Origin: Marsupella aquatica
Lineage: Eukaryota; Plantae; Marchantiophyta
NCBI GenBank assembly: GCA_973895155.1
Contig: OZ316896.1
Span: 11,088,795-11,152,794, forward strand
DNA: 64,000 nt
Direction of reading: 5' to 3'
In this document: positions 61,501-64,000 of the stretch, piece by piece
Layout of the letters: each line of letters begins with the position of its first letter
Position numbering within the stretch: position 1 is the stretch's first letter
The notes under the pieces: generated by a model
The model's input: the letters and a program-made list of their open reading frames with translations, nothing else
Database searches by the model: none
What the model was told of the DNA's origin: nothing
Translations under genes and position numbers: made by a program

Positions 61501-63162
61501 ATCGCCAGGAGCCTCGTCCCAATCTTGTGGAAGGTCCACTGCTTCGCCGTTGCCGTTAACTCTCTTCGAAACAAGCTGCTCGACAAGGGTTAGCGTGCGA
61601 ATCACTGACACTGAGCTCTTCCTTATCAGACCCACTGAACCAGTGGAGACATCGGCGAATAACCCATACGGAACACTATTCTGATTCCAAGCTTCCACAT
61701 AAGCGCTGCAGAAACTTATCCATTCCTTCAAAGTTCCTCTGGAGTTGTTTGGCTCTGCCGTGATAGAAGCTTTAATTTCTTTTCGGAGGCCGCCTAAAGT
61801 CAGAGAGCTTATCTCAAAGTCACTGAGGTATCGTCCACGGGTTTGTAAGACAGATTTGAGAGCTGCATGCTGGCGCAGACCAGGCTGTAGAAGCCTTCTC
61901 AGAAACAAGCTGGGAACCAAATCGTCGTCCACGCTCGACGAATCAGAGTCAATATGATGTAGAGCGAACAGAAGTTCATCCCAGGACTGTCCTGTTCCTT
62001 GGAATAGCTGCTCACTTACTGAAAATTCCTGCAAACGGCATTTCTGCAAGGTAAAATCCTCCTCGAAACTGGCGGATAGCAATTCGCACTGGCCCATGCC
62101 TCCAGTCTGCAGGAGCACCCACACTTTGTCACTCATAATCTTGCAACTGATTACGTTGCCTTGACCAATAGAAAATGTCCGCCGCATTGTCAAGTGACTA
62201 ACTCTAATGCCTCCATCAGATTGTGTCGAATGCAGTGAGCAAACAACCACTCCAGCCCTCTGTGTCTCCGAATATGGATCCCCACCGTAGTGCAGAGCAA
62301 GTTGAAGCTCTTGTTTGGGCCCAGGCAATTCCTCTATCCATATAGATTGCGGGATAGAGCTTGCCAATTGGAGAGGAGGTGACATGCTTTGAGAGAACTG
62401 ACGATTGCGGTGCACCAAATCCCACACTTTGAGGTTCCTATCGTCATAAACTGCAAACAGAAGGTTAGCCCCTGAAAGAGATTCCGCGGTGAGGCATTTT
62501 ACGGGAGATTGGGTCCTCCCTCGGAACCCCAGGCTCCACAGACGGCTAAGCCCACTATCTCCATCTTTAAGCTCAAAAGGCTGATCTGGTCGAGAGTCTA
62601 AGTGCTTTCCAACTGGGAAACAAACAATTGAGCCACTCTGCCCTCCAGCGATGAACAAGTCTGGGGTAGCTGTCAATGACGTAACCTTCCCAAGTCCTCT
62701 CAACTCCCCCCCAATGTCACGTTCTGATGTGCTCTGGTGCTGCATAGAAAACCTGCTCTTTGCGAACCTGGCAACCTTCAAGCTGATGGAGTACAACACA
62801 CCTGTGACGGTGAGGACTGTGACATTATACAACAATCGATTGCTCAGGTCCTGGACAAGCACCACACTGGCAAAAGGGCAGAGAGCACTTTCGAAATTGA
62901 GGCGAAGACCGGAATTGTGTACTGGTTTGTCGCAGGAGAACTCGACCAGCTCCAACGACTTAGGGAACTCTTCATGAATACGCCACAGGATGTAAAGATT
63001 CGAACCCAAGGATTGTGACTTGCTGGCTCTCACACCCACGCCCCCAATGGCACGGGGAATGTAGTCCTCGAGAGCAGGACAGATCCCGGTGATACCAGCC
63101 TGTGCAGGCACCGGGACCTCAGTCCATACTGCTACATCACTGCCCGCAACTGTCACCTCCAT
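58576..63162 (-). CDS. NUP160: Nucleoporin NUP160 (Y-complex), 1528 aa, intronless CDS
   Basis: Size and motifs fit plant NUP160/SAR1: WRLQYFEWVMQLFDQYNLSEGACQFARAALEQVDEA, IKGRLWANVFKF, AYCAIISNPDEESKDICLRRLIIVLC, LPLWLI, DPAALLRIYL and VWFPYTLVDQL. Confidence 0.93.
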   Translation of the reverse strand: MEVTVAGSDVAVWTEVPVPAQAGITGICPALEDYIPRAIGGVGVRASKSQSLGSNLYILWRIHEEFPKSLELVEFSCDKPVHNSGLRLNFESALCPFASVVLVQDLSNRLLYNVTVLTVTGVLYSISLKVARFAKSRFSMQHQSTSERDIGGELRGLGKVTSLTATPDLFIAGGQSGSIVCFPVGKHLDSRPDQPFELKDGDSGLSRLWSLGFRGRTQSPVKCLTAESLSGANLLFAVYDDRNLKVWDLVHRNRQFSQSMSPPLQLASSIPQSIWIEELPGPKQELQLALHYGGDPYSETQRAGVVVCSLHSTQSDGGIRVSHLTMRRTFSIGQGNVISCKIMSDKVWVLLQTGGMGQCELLSASFEEDFTLQKCRLQEFSVSEQLFQGTGQSWDELLFALHHIDSDSSSVDDDLVPSLFLRRLLQPGLRQHAALKSVLQTRGRYLSDFEISSLTLGGLRKEIKASITAEPNNSRGTLKEWISFCSAYVEAWNQNSVPYGLFADVSTGSVGLIRKSSVSVIRTLTLVEQLVSKRVNGNGEAVDLPQDWDEAPGDLAVLSGILTCLETMTGHLGQMALGVFHEALLRPPSYSLDGLTSSFMLILDVGYTPLDSTQVNLAFGVDGIRAKMQQHHQRQRKFALHISQALQSLQVAAGSWEVVLDVVSKYSQYLVFPIQSALPSLTSGVVVPLGSAPTKMLAQATCQISWTHFEAARNLFLLLSYLVKVQAQVGLTPSEVTRIQLKLLPQVKAGLTIDLLLHWLTVTFAEVPPSEDCSLQLSSLQIDGSRGEKVQPEMLGAGELALAEILAAAFLETAQVQETFSSDSLPDPDSLHNCASRFVGWLLVGEGSDRYPLTFSGRAIALSSILLQHGQYGSLESFLTAVEQFSKQQQLSDGIASIDGEWSARLHLLGICSLARAHSVLENTSKEKHIGEAIQCFFRAASGIGEANKELQTVFFVPQQQLQGRGATSAWRLQYFEWVMQLFDQYNLSEGACQFARAALEQVDEAVGVSVIENPGNDSNVTIKGRLWANVFKFCLDLELYGNAYCAIISNPDEESKDICLRRLIIVLCDHKASLALCGNELPYGGLLSRVEEELVTKAHNSDVSVKAGLYKLLYALHMHHYNVGRAAGYMYEYGMSLRDMGLPKSQSQALSLLKEQLDAFAAAINALQLVESSEEVVGSRIEWLSPIKRQRISGDNVSNGKMIHANRTQANERKTIDVENLVKEHALTLARVQLLSADAKSSCLGVNVPPSEVVLSLLQHGLYEMAFSLVFLCWKDSSQQRELETVFEVMARKCCLLQLGTGSTSPHKIPEDLRALALVPDSPSNELEPYGVLSTEIRTHPKFFQSGIAAKSAWHSLQEYLEKYWKLHPNIRTVVADTILSVDKHMELPLWLINTFKGGKDSRGMSSGSSVADPAALLRIYLNHERYVEATYLLLEYLQAATRLRPGDIIKRKQACGVWFPYTLVDQLLQHLSEIRGSDERISQPKGLHASLQNAVLQHFDLIKKESDDVRVIAEAADFNGPWKGFS

Positions 63163-63898
63163 GATTCCAAAACGAAGTGAAGGCTCTCCCTGATAAAATT
63201 GTTGTCCGTGCGTCCGTCTGCAGGACCCTTGTCTGCAGGGAGAAATCGCATGGGACAGGGTTTAGGGTTCTTATTTTTGTTCAGTTGCTCGTTCGACCAT
63301 GATAGCCTGGAGTCCCCATTGCAGCAGAGACGTTTAACTAAACTGCAGGAGACAACATTGCAGAAATTTTAGTACGTCAAATTCAAAGATTACTGAATGC
63401 TCCAAAAGCCCGAGCAACGACAGAGTGATAATGAACCTAAGGTTTCTGTGCTGAGCTTTGACAAAATGCTGAAACCAAATGTAGGAAAAAAGGAAAACGA
63501 GACGGAGAGTTGGTCAGATTTCTTTGCGGAGGGAGCTTGAGAAAATGCTTCGACCTACTTGCGAAGGACTTGAACGACACAGGAGTGTTCATTAACAACG
63601 CTAAGATTTTTCGCTTAGCTTTAACAAAATGCGTCAACCTAATGTAGCTGCGAAAGAATTGAACAACCAAAGGAGATTTCTCAAAGACTGAGTGAAAAAT
63701 GGAGAACCAGAGGTAACGCCCCGACCAAAGCAGAAGTGCAACGCTAATGCAGCAAACGCTACCGCAACAAAAGCTAAACTTACTAATTAGCAGCTTCCAT
63801 TCAGGTGATGCGCCCGAGCTTTGATTCTGCTCGTGCTCCACTTCGTCTTCTCGTGCCGGACCTCTCTGGGACATCTCTCGGGCCTCCGAACGATGGTC

Positions 63899-63931
63899 TA
63901 GGGTTTCGTGTCGTCCTCGGCCCTAAACCCT
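63899..63931 (-). promoter_or_regulatory. Telo-box-type elements near the presumed NUP160 transcription start
   Basis: TAGGGTTT (reverse complement of AAACCCTA) at 63899-63906 and CCCTAAACCCT at about 63921-63931; a related GGGTTTAGGGTT lies at about 63258. Confidence 0.45.
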
Positions 63932-64000
63932 CTCCCCCTCTGGAAAAGCTCACTTCAAAACTGGCAAATTACATGCACGTTATGTGCGTCGAGGTTCCGT

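Overview
Eukaryotic land-plant genomic DNA with spliced genes and repeat-rich intergenic space; it looks bryophyte/liverwort-like, but that is an impression only. The window opens inside a Ty1/copia LTR retrotransposon on the minus strand. Its 5' LTR, iMet PBS, gag and an uninterrupted PR-IN-RT frame are visible, and gag and pol are in the same frame separated by a single TGA. Host genes, in order: TAF12 (8 exons, polyQ); a 76-aa PREY/Trm112-like gene with a GC-AG intron that the ORF track misses; an intronless dolichol kinase; a DMP/DUF679 membrane protein; two divergent, apparently paralogous orphan ORFs; a conserved small plant protein; an NPF/PTR transporter; a GT61 glycosyltransferase; and an intronless 1528-aa NUP160. 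Intergenic DNA holds a 1.1-kb foldback element with a perfect 9-bp TSD, a decayed CRE-like non-LTR retrotransposon with a REL endonuclease, a dispersed double-hairpin family with GGTTAC-N6-GTAACC palindromes, and many tandem arrays. Exon boundaries were read by eye. No CRISPR array, rRNA or credible tRNA was found.
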